From a virus (lineage: Duplodnaviria > Caudoviricetes), in IMG/VR virus record IMGVR_UViG_3300028805_000057, positions 32,001 to 96,000 of that record: DNA of 64,000 bases, one strand, 5' to 3'. Under the pieces are notes generated by a model. That model saw only the letters and a program-made list of their open reading frames with translations, was not told the DNA's origin and did not search any database. Both the position numbers and the translations under genes were made by a program. Within the stretch, counting starts at the first letter, position 1. Every line of letters begins with the position of its first letter. Shown one piece after another: positions 54,191 through 64,000 of this stretch.

Positions 54191-54364
54191 CATTAAAATA
54201 TAACTGTTCACTGCGTTCAAATTTCAAAATGAATATAAATTGGGCTTTAAATATTAGGTTCAAACGAGACTTCTCACTTCGTTCAAAGTACATTTTCTTC
54301 ATTTTTGTTCGGAAAAAAGTAGTTCTCATTTCATTCAAACTAAAAGGAGACAAGGAGATATATT

Positions 54365-54832
54365 ATGTTAAAGAAAATAATTAAGTATACAGATTTTAAT
54401 GATAATGCAAGAACACAGGAATTCTATTTCTATCTTTCAAAGAGAGATATTCAAGCACTTGATGCTAAGTATCAGGAAGATGGCGGACTTTCTGGAAGAT
54501 TTAACATTATAGTAAATGATAGAGATGCAAGAAGACTTCTTGAAACAGTTGAAGATCTTATTCTTTTATCATATGGTGTTAAGTCAGAAGATGGTACAAA
54601 GTTTAATAAGAGCGAAAAAGTAAGAGAAGACTTTAGATGGTCTGCAGCTTATGAAACTCTGTTTGATGAATTAACAGATATGAAGGATAATACTGATAAA
54701 TTCTCAGATTTCCTTAAAAAGATATTACCTAATGATGTTCAGGCACAGATTACAAAAGCAGAATCTGAAGGTAAAGTAGAAATGCCTGAGATCCTGGCCG
54801 AGGCTATTAAGGACACAGAGGCTAATAAATAA
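54365..54832 (+). CDS. Tail assembly chaperone
   Basis: MLKK.I.YTDFN...R...FYF.L, SYG.KSEDG..F.K. Confidence 0.75.
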   Translation: MLKKIIKYTDFNDNARTQEFYFYLSKRDIQALDAKYQEDGGLSGRFNIIVNDRDARRLLETVEDLILLSYGVKSEDGTKFNKSEKVREDFRWSAAYETLFDELTDMKDNTDKFSDFLKKILPNDVQAQITKAESEGKVEMPEILAEAIKDTEANK

Positions 54833-55461
54833 TGCTTGCATTAACAGTCAAAGCTTTTAGTGTGTTTGATGAAGCAACTGAACAATTTATTTCAGTTGAC
54901 AAACCAACTAGTCTTCTCTTGGAAAATTCTCTTTATGCTATTGGTGAATGGGAAAAAAAATATAAGAAACCATGGTTTCCAGATAGTAGAGCAAGTGCTT
55001 ATGCAAAAAAGAAAGAACAACAAGAAAAAACTCCTGAAGAAATATTGTATTTTATAAAATGTATGATACGATATAAAGATAGAGAGTTAATAATAGATGT
55101 TAGCGAGATAGATGAAAAATTACTTTATGGTTTAACAGAAGAAGATTTAAAGAAAGTAACAGATTATTTACAAGATAGTCAAACTGCTTTATCGTCTATT
55201 CCTGAAACTAAACCTGATAAGAAACATAAATCAGATCCAATTAGATTAACATCTGATAGAATGTATGCATGGCTTGCAGAATTACAAATACCATTTGAAG
55301 CTGAGTATTGGAATATTAATAGATTAATGAATGTTATACAAGTAGTTAATTATGATAATACTCCAGATGATAGAAAGAAGAGAGCTAAACCAATGGAAGT
55401 AGCTCAAGACTACGCAAGAATAAATGAAGAGCGTCTGAAAAAACTCGGCACGAAAGGATAA
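54832..55461 (+). CDS. Tail assembly chaperone 2 / pre-tape-measure protein
   Basis: LENSL..I.EWE.K.KKP, IPFEAE.W..NRL, N..R...LGTKG. Confidence 0.7.
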   Translation: MLALTVKAFSVFDEATEQFISVDKPTSLLLENSLYAIGEWEKKYKKPWFPDSRASAYAKKKEQQEKTPEEILYFIKCMIRYKDRELIIDVSEIDEKLLYGLTEEDLKKVTDYLQDSQTALSSIPETKPDKKHKSDPIRLTSDRMYAWLAELQIPFEAEYWNINRLMNVIQVVNYDNTPDDRKKRAKPMEVAQDYARINEERLKKLGTKG

Positions 55462-55467
55462 TTAATT

Positions 55468-55854
55468 ATGATACAGATGACCAGTAAGGGCGAGTGGAAG
55501 AAAACCAGGAAATGGCTTGATAAAGTCGGAAAGCACAAGTTATACTTAAATGAAATGAGAAAGTATGGACAGCGCGGAGTTGAAGCCCTGAAGAATGCTA
55601 CACCTGTCCTTACTGGTACAACTGCTGAATCTTGGTATTATGACATTAGTGAATCCGAGAAAGGCAAATATAAAATTACTTGGTGCAATAGTAATGTTGA
55701 AGATGAATGGTATAATGTAGCATTATATATACAATTAGGACATGCTACAGGAGCTGGTGTTTGGATTGAAGGTTTGGATTACATTAATCCAGCATTAAGA
55801 TCTATTTTTACAGATCTTGAAAAAGCTGTATGGCAAGAGTACAGTACAAATTAA
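55468..55854 (+). CDS. HK97 gp10-like tail completion protein
   Basis: GVEALK.ATP..TG.TA.SW.Y, Q.GHATG, G.DYINPA. Confidence 0.7.
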   Translation: MIQMTSKGEWKKTRKWLDKVGKHKLYLNEMRKYGQRGVEALKNATPVLTGTTAESWYYDISESEKGKYKITWCNSNVEDEWYNVALYIQLGHATGAGVWIEGLDYINPALRSIFTDLEKAVWQEYSTN

Positions 55855-55879
55855 AATCTCTTGAAAGGAGGAAATCAAA

Positions 55880-58800
55880 ATGGTCGATATAGATGAAAGA
55901 GTCGTGTCTATGAAATTCGACTCAAGCGACTTTGAGAAGAATACTAAATCGACAATGAGCATCTTAGATAAACTTCATGAAAAGTTATCATTTAAAGATG
56001 TTGCTGATAGTGATTCGCTGAACGCCATCACAAATAATGTACAAAAGATGGCAGATAAAGCTTATACAATCGTTGATAGGATGATTGATAAGATTAAAGA
56101 TAATATAGCTAATAAGCTTGTTAATTTCCTTCAAGAGAATACATTAGGACAATTTAAAGCAGGTTTTGATAAGTATGCTGATATGACTACCTCTGTTGCA
56201 ACTTTAAGTTCACAAGGTTATGCAATGAAGCGTATTAATGAACAGCTTGCGAGACTAAATTACTTTACAGATGAAACTTCATACAACTTCACTTCAATGG
56301 TTAGTGAAATTGGTAAGTTTACAGCTTCAGGACAATCACTTGAAGATGCTACGACAGCAATGATGGGTATTGCAGAATGGGCAGCACTTTCAGGTAAGAA
56401 TGCAAATGAAGCATCAAGAGCAATGTATCAGCTTTCACAAGCTCTTGGTTCTGGTACAATGAGACTGATAGACTATAAGTCAATTCAGAATTTGAATATG
56501 GATACAATCGAGTTCCGAAAGAATGCTATTGAAGCAGCTATTGCAGCAGGAACTCTTAAAGATAATTTAAATGGTACGTTTACATCATTAGTTGATAATA
56601 AGACAACATTTGCTATTCAAAACTTCGCCGAATCATTAAGTGGTAAATGGTTTAATAGTAAAGTAATGATGGAAACATACAAGAAATATTCTGATGCAGT
56701 TGATGAAATTAGAGCAATATATGAAGAAGGTACTTATACAACACTTGCCGGTGATGAAAAAGATATAAATACAACTGCAGATGCTGTTAAACTTGTTAAA
56801 GAAAATAATGAAGAACTTATTAAAAGGTTTAGAGAAGCTAATAAAAAATTAACTAGTGATCAGATTGATGACTTTCTGAAAAAATGGAAGAAAGTTGAAA
56901 AAGTCACTGGTATGACAGTTAAAGATTATGCCAAAATGCATGAAATTTCTGAAGAAGAAGCCAAAACTATGATGGCTGCTAAAGAGAAAGGTTATGCAGA
57001 ATATTTAAAAGAGTATGCAGAAGTATTTAAAGAAACTGAACAAAGTGCAGAAGAAGCTCTTGAAGATTGGCATACATATGTTTCAACTTATGGTATTAAA
57101 GCATTTGAAGCAGCTCAGGAAGCAAAGACATTTAGAGATGCTATTGAATCTGCTAAGGATGCAGCAAGTACTGTTTGGACAACTATTTATACAGAAGTAT
57201 TTGGTAATTATGAAGAAGCAAAAGAGCTTTGGACTGATTTGGCAAATGCTTTATATGAAATATTTGTAAATCGTTTGTGGGATCTTGAAGGTATCTTTAA
57301 TTATTGGAAAGATGGATACGAAAAAGATGCTGAAAAGCAAATAAAAACTCTTAAAGAAGAATATGACAAGTTAACTGCTAATGGTGCTCCTGCAGATGTA
57401 TATGGTAGACAACGTGTCGAAGAAATAAAAAAAGAAATGGCTGAAATTCAAGCACAATTGGATACTGGTTTATTAAATGGTAGACGAGTATTATTTCAAG
57501 GTTTGTATGCGTTTGGTGGTGGTTTAAAAAGCGTTATACAAAATTTTAGAGATGCTTGGAATGGATTATTTGATGAAAATGAGAGTGCTAAAAAGTTATT
57601 TAATTTAAGTGAACGTATCAGATATGATGGTTTTAGATTCTATGATATGCTTACTAATAAAGAAACTGGTTTAGTTGCTACTGATTTTTATAAAAATATT
57701 GCACAAGGTATAAAGAATTTATTTGCTCCATTTAAAGGTGCTATAGAAGTAATTAAAGCTGTTATTAATTCATTCTTACCTGCTAGAAAAACAACTAAGG
57801 ATATACTTGTTTCATTATCTGAAGCATTTAAGAATTTTACAGAGAAACTTGTACCTAGTCAAGAAACTTTACAGAAGATTGCAAAGATATTAAGAGGTGT
57901 AGTTTCTGTTATACGTTTAATTGCAAAAGCAGCATATGGTTTATGGACTGCTATAATTAAACCAATTCTTAGTGTATTGTTTGATGGTTTAGGAAGTATA
58001 ATTGGATTCTTAACAGATATACTAGCTTCAATGGCAGATGGTTTCTATGGATTTGAAAATGCTATAGGACCAATGGAAGCTTTACAGGTTGTTGCTGAAG
58101 CTGTTCAATGGGCATTTGAAGGAATTCTCGAAATACTCAAATCAGTTGCTGGTGTGATTTGGGATATATTTGGACCTGCAATTAGCTTTGTAGTTGGTAT
58201 ATTTAAAGATTTATTTAATAAAGCTAAAAATTTATTTAGTGGTGAAAAAGGTAATGTCTTTAAGAATATTGGTAATGGATTCAAGAATGTTACAAGTAGA
58301 GCTAAAGATGCTTGGAAGTCAACTGAAACCTTTGCTGATGTTTTTAATAGATTTAAAGAAGGTAAAGGCATAAGTAATGTTGTTGAATTACTTGGTGCTT
58401 TACTCGATAACTTTGTTACAAGAATTGGTAGAACTGTAATCGCAATATTCGGTCTTGAAGATGTTATAACAAATGAAAATGGTAAAATTGGAGCAGCATT
58501 CAGTGATCTTAAGAGCTCATTAAGTGGTGTTGCTACAATATTTAAATGGATTTATACAAATGTTATACGACCTACATTACAGGTAGCATTTACTGGTCTT
58601 GCTAATTGCATAAGAGATATTGGCGAAGCTTGGAAATCTGGCGACGTTATGAGAATTATGCAAATATTAACTCAAGCATTTAAGACCATCGGTAGTTTTC
58701 AATTATTTAAAGTATTACAAGCTTTAAGTAGATCATTTGGTTCTGCTGGTATTCTTAGAGTATTAAGAAATGGTGCCAAAGCATTAAAGAGTTTATCAAA

Positions 58801-61800
58801 ATGGTTGGGTGCAAAAGCAGTAAATGAAGTATCAAGTGCTATCTTTAAGTTAGTATTAGCATTTAGTATGTTACTTGGTGTGCTTACTGCAATGTCTTTC
58901 TTACCTGCAGAAAACTTAGAGAGAGTATCGGGTTTATTGTTAAATGCTGGTATTGCTCTTGGTGTTATGATGGTTGCAATGACTACACTTTCGATTGTCG
59001 CAACTAAGACAAGATGGGGATTAGTAGGCATAGCAGGTTCAATGATTGCAATAGTTGCAGCTACTTGGACGTTTATATTTGTAATTGAGAAAATAAGACA
59101 AGCTATAGAAAGATTTAAAGACGAAACTGAAGGATTCGGTGGAATTTTAGTTGCTATAGCTCCTATTATTGCAGTATTAGCAGCGATGTTTATTGTATTT
59201 AAAGCAGCTGCAAAGATCGGTAATAGTGGTGGACTATTAGCATTTAGTGCCGGTGTAATGGCATTAGGTGTTGCTGTATTTGCTATGGTATTTGCACTTG
59301 ATAAGATGGTTACTTTCTTACAAGATAATACTGCTGAAAATGTTATTTCCGCTATTTTAGTAACTGTAGCTATTATGACAACTGTTGCTTTAGCTAGTGG
59401 TTTAATGTTAAGATTAGTTGGTAAGAGTTTCCAAAATATTAGTAAATCAGCTGGAGCAATTGCTATGGCTGTTGCTATAGTAACTGTAGCATTAACTACT
59501 GCTTTAATTGTTATACCATTACTTGAAGAAATGGTTCAAAATAGTGATAGATTCCCTGAATATGTAGAAGCTTTGGCAATATTTACAGCAACAATGATAT
59601 CAATCAGTGGTTCTTTTGCATTAATGACAAGTAGAACTAAGGGTGGTTTCCACATGTTAGCTGCTGGTATTGTATTTAATATATTTGCTAAAACTATTTC
59701 AAATATAATAATGCCATTATTAGAATCTCTTAAAGGTTTAGATTTTACTGAGTATCTTGGTGGTATATTAGCATTAGGTATGATGATGGTTGCCATTTCA
59801 TATAGTATTAAATTAGTTATGGAAGGCGTTGCTGAAATAGTTAAAGCTATTAGTAAGATTAATTGGAAGAGTTGGTTTGCTATAATATTAAGTACTGGTG
59901 CTGTTATAGCTGGTATTATGTTATTAGCAAGTTATTTGGAAAATAATAAAACTGAAGTTAGTGCTGGTGTAATAATTGGTGTTATTGGCACTGCTTTAGC
60001 TGTAATACTTGGATTTGGTTTATTTGCAGAAATGTTAATGAAGATAACAAATCAAAATCTGAATAATAGCATTTCTCAATTAGCTGCTGTATTTAAATGG
60101 ATGACTGCTTTCATTACATCAATAGTAGTTGGTTTGGCTGGCACAATGGCTTTATTAAAGTTATTATATGACGGTAATGAAATGGAAGCATTAAGTCGTA
60201 TGGCAATATTTGCTGGTATTGTTTTAGCTACTATTGGTCTTACATTATTGATGTTTGGTAAATTTATTAAATCGGTAAGTCAAAAATTATCACTTATACC
60301 CGATGCAAATTTAACAAAAGTAAGGAATTTATTAATTACTATATTTGCTGGTATGGTTGGTATAATGCTTGCTTTAGTAACATATACTATAGTAATTGAT
60401 GATACTTTCTCAAGATGGGAAGAATATGCAGCTCCATTAGCGACTATTGTTGCTACGATGTTAATTGTAACAGGAGGAATCTTAGCAGAAATTGCAGCAT
60501 TTATTAATTTCTTACCAACACTTGAATTTAATAAGAGTGCTGTTACTATTGTTATTTCAACATTAGCGGCTGTATTATTAGATATATTAGCTATTGGATT
60601 GATATTAATTCCTTCATTTGAAAAGATGAGAGATGTTGATTGGAGAGTTGTATTATCATTACTAGCTGGCATTGCTCTGATTATATTCTCCATATCAATG
60701 CTAACTGTCGCGGCTGCAAGAACAACAACTTGGGAAAAGACTTTAGAAGCATTAGTAGTAGCATTAGGTACATTGGCGGCTATTGCGGTATTCCTTCCTG
60801 CTATTGCAAAAGCATTTGAAGCAATGAAAGGTATCGGATGGACTGAGTTTGCAGTATTAATGTTAGGTTTCTTAATTCCTTTTGTTGCTGTACTTATAGC
60901 TGTTAAATCAATGACAGAAATTGCTCCTAAATTTGCTGCAGCTGCTGGCAATATTGCTTTAGGATTTATTGCGATTGCCGCTGCGATTGCTGCAGTAGCT
61001 ATTGCTATTGGATTACTTAAAGAAATGTTCTCACCTGGTAGTACATTAATTGGTCAAATGCTAATGAAGGGTGAAGCAGAAGGTATTAAGAAAGGCTCTA
61101 AAGAAGTATATGATGAAAATGAAAAAGCTCAGGAAGGATTACTTGAACAAACTGAAGAGATTGACCAAATAAATTCACCCTCTAAGAAATTTAGATACTA
61201 TGGTAAGATGATTGATAAAGGTCTTGCTCAAGGTATTACTAAAAATAGAAGAGTTGCAATTAAAGCTGCGACTGCTCTTGCTATATTTACTAATGATGGA
61301 TTCTGTGAAGAACTTGGTATTGCATCACCTTCAAAAGTATTCTATGAGAATGGTCGATTTGTTGTTAGAGGTTTCATTAATGGTTTAAATGATGAAAGTA
61401 ATAAGAACAAGAAGGCTGGTGCTGATATGGCCGAAGGCTTTACTGAAGGTATGGACAATATGATGGATGGAATGAAAGATAAATGGTCCGGATTATGGTC
61501 TGAACTTGGCATGGATGAAGATATTAAGAAGGCTATTGAAGAAGGTACTGAAGGTGCTGGATCAGTATTTGCTAATGGTTTACTTGATGAATTAACGGGT
61601 GAAGATAGCACTATTGTAAGTCAATTAAGTGCCGCTGAAGCTCAAGAGTTATCAAGACTTAAAGGCATACAAGCTGAGCGAGATAAAGCACTTAAAGAAT
61701 TTGATAGAAGTTGGTCTGGTCCTCATGATGAAAGTTATACATCTACAAAACAAAAATTATCAGATAGTTACGGAAAGAATCTTGATGCACAAATTGCGGC

Positions 61801-63496
61801 TCTTGAAAGTAAAGCTGGTCAAGTAACTAAGAAAAATAGTGGATTATCTGGTTTATTTAGTAGTATATTTGGCGATACATTTACTAATCTTGGAAAAGAC
61901 GGAAACTTTATAGATACTCTTAAAGGATTCGGAGATAAAATTGGTAGTGGTATTGGATCAGTATTTAATAAAGATGGAAGTGCTTATAAGAGTCTTAAAG
62001 AAACTGGTCAATCATTACTTAGTGAATTCGGTATAGATTTTGGTGGTAATGGTAGTAATACTAGTGGAACTCCAGCAGATAATGTTGGTAAACAAGTTGG
62101 TACTGGTATTGGAAATGGTTTAAATACTTGGTTAAATGGTAAAACATTTAATGACACTATGGAAACTGCTGGAAAAACAATAGGTAATTCTATAAAAACT
62201 GGTATTGATGAGATTTTAGATAAATATAATCCATTAAAGAATCTAGAACTTATTGCTGAAACTGCTTATGAACGGTTAAAGGCTGCTATAACAGGTAGTG
62301 AAAATCGTTCAAGTACAATGAGCGCATTAAGTGATATTTTGAACAAAAAAGCATCAGTTTATGGATGGGAAAATGATGAAGTTACATTATATAATGAATT
62401 TTTAAAATTATATAATAAAATGGGTAGAAATGTACTTATGGATAATGCTCAGATTGAAAAAGTTTTAACTACAATTTATAATAATGGTAAGTATGGTAGA
62501 TTAAGTGAAAATAGTAAGATTGATTGGGAATTAGATATGTTCGGTGATTTTGTTTATAATGGAATAACCGATCTTGTAGGAACAAGTTATATTGAAGAAG
62601 AATATGAAAAAGCTAAAGAAAATTTATTAAAATCAAGTATTGATTGGGGAACTTTATTAAAATCTAATGATTATTATACATTCCAAAATTATTTATTGGA
62701 ATTATTGCCGATGGGAACATCAAATAGTGTTATTAAAAATTGGTCGAATGCATATACTAGATATACCAATGGCGCAGATACCACATTTAATAGAGAATTA
62801 CAAAAAATATTTGCTGACGAGAAATTCAAAGAACAATTCTTATCTTCCGGAACTGATATTATTAAATTCTTATTCTGGGGTATGAAAGTTGGATATTTGG
62901 AATATGAAGATGGTATATTAAATACTGCTAATGGCAATGCTGCTGATATTATTCAGGCATACTATGATAATTTCAGAGAGCATTCGCCTTCCAAAGTTGG
63001 TATTGACATAATGAAATTCTTTATGGAAGGTCTTAAGATTGGTATCGATGATAATACAAAATCGGTTCTTGATAGTGTAGGAATAAGTACTGATTTAATA
63101 ACCGATTCTACAATTACTGGTCTGAATGCAATGGTTAATGCTCTTGAAGAAGATGTTCAACCTCAAATTACTCCAGTAATAGATGCAGATGCTGTAAATA
63201 ATGGTATATCATCTATTAATACATCATTTGCTAATCTAAATCCTACAATGCAAGCAACTATTGATTCATTCCATGATGATGCACCAAATTATAATGGACA
63301 GTTAGCAATATTAGCTAATGCAATTAATGGAACAAATACACTTGTTAATAATCTCATGAATATGTTAGCAGAAGGTGATATTGTTACTGTTAATGTTACC
63401 GGAGAAGTTGATACAAATAATCTGTATGAACTTGTAGTTAACACAAATCGTGAGAAATTTAAACAAACTGGTAAAAACAAATTAATGTCATACTAG
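55880..63496 (+). CDS. Tape measure protein
   Basis: 2538 aa; IDERVVSMKFD, tape-measure domain (D.T.YNF..M...IGKFT, AMYQLSQAL), long hydrophobic region, SPSK motifs. Confidence 0.92.
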   Translation: MVDIDERVVSMKFDSSDFEKNTKSTMSILDKLHEKLSFKDVADSDSLNAITNNVQKMADKAYTIVDRMIDKIKDNIANKLVNFLQENTLGQFKAGFDKYADMTTSVATLSSQGYAMKRINEQLARLNYFTDETSYNFTSMVSEIGKFTASGQSLEDATTAMMGIAEWAALSGKNANEASRAMYQLSQALGSGTMRLIDYKSIQNLNMDTIEFRKNAIEAAIAAGTLKDNLNGTFTSLVDNKTTFAIQNFAESLSGKWFNSKVMMETYKKYSDAVDEIRAIYEEGTYTTLAGDEKDINTTADAVKLVKENNEELIKRFREANKKLTSDQIDDFLKKWKKVEKVTGMTVKDYAKMHEISEEEAKTMMAAKEKGYAEYLKEYAEVFKETEQSAEEALEDWHTYVSTYGIKAFEAAQEAKTFRDAIESAKDAASTVWTTIYTEVFGNYEEAKELWTDLANALYEIFVNRLWDLEGIFNYWKDGYEKDAEKQIKTLKEEYDKLTANGAPADVYGRQRVEEIKKEMAEIQAQLDTGLLNGRRVLFQGLYAFGGGLKSVIQNFRDAWNGLFDENESAKKLFNLSERIRYDGFRFYDMLTNKETGLVATDFYKNIAQGIKNLFAPFKGAIEVIKAVINSFLPARKTTKDILVSLSEAFKNFTEKLVPSQETLQKIAKILRGVVSVIRLIAKAAYGLWTAIIKPILSVLFDGLGSIIGFLTDILASMADGFYGFENAIGPMEALQVVAEAVQWAFEGILEILKSVAGVIWDIFGPAISFVVGIFKDLFNKAKNLFSGEKGNVFKNIGNGFKNVTSRAKDAWKSTETFADVFNRFKEGKGISNVVELLGALLDNFVTRIGRTVIAIFGLEDVITNENGKIGAAFSDLKSSLSGVATIFKWIYTNVIRPTLQVAFTGLANCIRDIGEAWKSGDVMRIMQILTQAFKTIGSFQLFKVLQALSRSFGSAGILRVLRNGAKALKSLSKWLGAKAVNEVSSAIFKLVLAFSMLLGVLTAMSFLPAENLERVSGLLLNAGIALGVMMVAMTTLSIVATKTRWGLVGIAGSMIAIVAATWTFIFVIEKIRQAIERFKDETEGFGGILVAIAPIIAVLAAMFIVFKAAAKIGNSGGLLAFSAGVMALGVAVFAMVFALDKMVTFLQDNTAENVISAILVTVAIMTTVALASGLMLRLVGKSFQNISKSAGAIAMAVAIVTVALTTALIVIPLLEEMVQNSDRFPEYVEALAIFTATMISISGSFALMTSRTKGGFHMLAAGIVFNIFAKTISNIIMPLLESLKGLDFTEYLGGILALGMMMVAISYSIKLVMEGVAEIVKAISKINWKSWFAIILSTGAVIAGIMLLASYLENNKTEVSAGVIIGVIGTALAVILGFGLFAEMLMKITNQNLNNSISQLAAVFKWMTAFITSIVVGLAGTMALLKLLYDGNEMEALSRMAIFAGIVLATIGLTLLMFGKFIKSVSQKLSLIPDANLTKVRNLLITIFAGMVGIMLALVTYTIVIDDTFSRWEEYAAPLATIVATMLIVTGGILAEIAAFINFLPTLEFNKSAVTIVISTLAAVLLDILAIGLILIPSFEKMRDVDWRVVLSLLAGIALIIFSISMLTVAAARTTTWEKTLEALVVALGTLAAIAVFLPAIAKAFEAMKGIGWTEFAVLMLGFLIPFVAVLIAVKSMTEIAPKFAAAAGNIALGFIAIAAAIAAVAIAIGLLKEMFSPGSTLIGQMLMKGEAEGIKKGSKEVYDENEKAQEGLLEQTEEIDQINSPSKKFRYYGKMIDKGLAQGITKNRRVAIKAATALAIFTNDGFCEELGIASPSKVFYENGRFVVRGFINGLNDESNKNKKAGADMAEGFTEGMDNMMDGMKDKWSGLWSELGMDEDIKKAIEEGTEGAGSVFANGLLDELTGEDSTIVSQLSAAEAQELSRLKGIQAERDKALKEFDRSWSGPHDESYTSTKQKLSDSYGKNLDAQIAALESKAGQVTKKNSGLSGLFSSIFGDTFTNLGKDGNFIDTLKGFGDKIGSGIGSVFNKDGSAYKSLKETGQSLLSEFGIDFGGNGSNTSGTPADNVGKQVGTGIGNGLNTWLNGKTFNDTMETAGKTIGNSIKTGIDEILDKYNPLKNLELIAETAYERLKAAITGSENRSSTMSALSDILNKKASVYGWENDEVTLYNEFLKLYNKMGRNVLMDNAQIEKVLTTIYNNGKYGRLSENSKIDWELDMFGDFVYNGITDLVGTSYIEEEYEKAKENLLKSSIDWGTLLKSNDYYTFQNYLLELLPMGTSNSVIKNWSNAYTRYTNGADTTFNRELQKIFADEKFKEQFLSSGTDIIKFLFWGMKVGYLEYEDGILNTANGNAADIIQAYYDNFREHSPSKVGIDIMKFFMEGLKIGIDDNTKSVLDSVGISTDLITDSTITGLNAMVNALEEDVQPQITPVIDADAVNNGISSINTSFANLNPTMQATIDSFHDDAPNYNGQLAILANAINGTNTLVNNLMNMLAEGDIVTVNVTGEVDTNNLYELVVNTNREKFKQTGKNKLMSY

Positions 63497-63517
63497 GGAA
63501 AGGAGGAATAATAATAC

Positions 63518-64000
63518 ATGGCAAAAGGTGAAATAGAATATATTAGTTATGAACCTGGTTGGAGTCAAACAAAAGGCTATTTCTTAACTGGTATTGTTCA
63601 ATTTAAATTTAATTCAAAATATTATTTAACTAAAAATAGTGTTAGAATATATTATAGACCTTTAGCATCTCAATCTGATGCTGATTATGTTGATATTGTT
63701 CCTCCAGACTCTACTGAAACTGGAACAAATATATTAAAAGCTGATAGTTGGCAAAAACCTTATACACCAACTTTACAAGCTCAAAAGAGTTATGAAGATA
63801 TTTCAGCTTTGATAAATAATGCTGTAAAAATAGTAAAAGGTCTTAGTAATGATAAATATGTTGTTAAATTTACTATTTCTAATCTTACTGGTAGTACACT
63901 ATATGTTACTGCAGCTCGTTTAAGGTTATTTAATTCAAAAGGTGATTACAAGACGTATGTAAGAGCTCCAGAAAATGAACAAGGTAATTTTGGTTTCACT
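63518..64000 (+). CDS. Partial minor tail/baseplate protein (runs off the window)
   Basis: SD AAGGAGG; open frame after the tape measure gene. Confidence 0.55.
   Translation, partial: MAKGEIEYISYEPGWSQTKGYFLTGIVQFKFNSKYYLTKNSVRIYYRPLASQSDADYVDIVPPDSTETGTNILKADSWQKPYTPTLQAQKSYEDISALINNAVKIVKGLSNDKYVVKFTISNLTGSTLYVTAARLRLFNSKGDYKTYVRAPENEQGNFGFT

Noticed and set aside
54365-55461. Programmed frameshift between tail chaperones
   Set aside because: The second ORF has its own ATG in a TAATG overlap and no clear slippery heptamer was seen
60280-60951. 223-aa minus-strand ORF and other minus-strand ORFs (e.g. 3495-4058, 25667-26164, 53813-54220)
   Set aside because: Antisense shadows of clear + strand genes, without SDs or recognisable motifs
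1-64000. Stop-codon reassignment, diversity-generating retroelement, integrase or lysis cassette
   Set aside because: Long genes are intact in the standard code and all three stops are used; no reverse transcriptase, recombinase or endolysin motifs recognised in this window

Overview
The window is a 64-kb stretch of a low-GC, long-tailed (siphovirus-type) phage genome. All credible genes lie on the + strand and carry strong Firmicutes-style Shine-Dalgarno (SD) sequences (AAAGGAGG). Layout: (i) about 1-24 kb holds many small early/accessory genes, often as promoter-gene-terminator cassettes encoding single-pass membrane proteins, plus a nicotinamidase and two glycosyltransferases; (ii) about 24-41 kb holds the replication/transcription genes: a 1426-aa SF3 helicase/primase/family-B polymerase fusion, SSB, RNA ligase, tRNA-Gln, two tRNA-like RNAs, an SF2 helicase, two nucleases, and a 974-aa protein with the motifs of a single-subunit two-barrel (YonO/QDE-1-like) RNA polymerase; (iii) about 41.4-64 kb holds a probable packaging end followed by TerS-like, HNH, putative internal virion proteins, TerL, portal, a protease-capsid fusion, head-tail proteins, two tandem major tail proteins, chaperones and a tape measure protein. 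From recall, not from a search, the organisation resembles ReqiPepy6-like/Arthrobacter AM-AU-type phages and their gut/rumen relatives. Most notable unexplained signals: (1) the RNA polymerase and two other proteins share an N-terminal hydrophobic-x-His tag with the repeated motifs of the capsid scaffold, suggesting protease-matured, virion-delivered cargo; (2) a CGC(G/T)AAA-N11-TATAAT-like promoter family; (3) long G.U-rich RNA hairpins whose loops are reverse complements of SD+AUG+coding sequence, i.e. candidate antisense silencers; (4) five dispersed ~125-bp palindromes with an invariant core; (5) tRNA-like RNAs whose anticodon arm is replaced by larger domains. No integrase, lysin or CRISPR array is visible. 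All family assignments come from motif recognition by eye.
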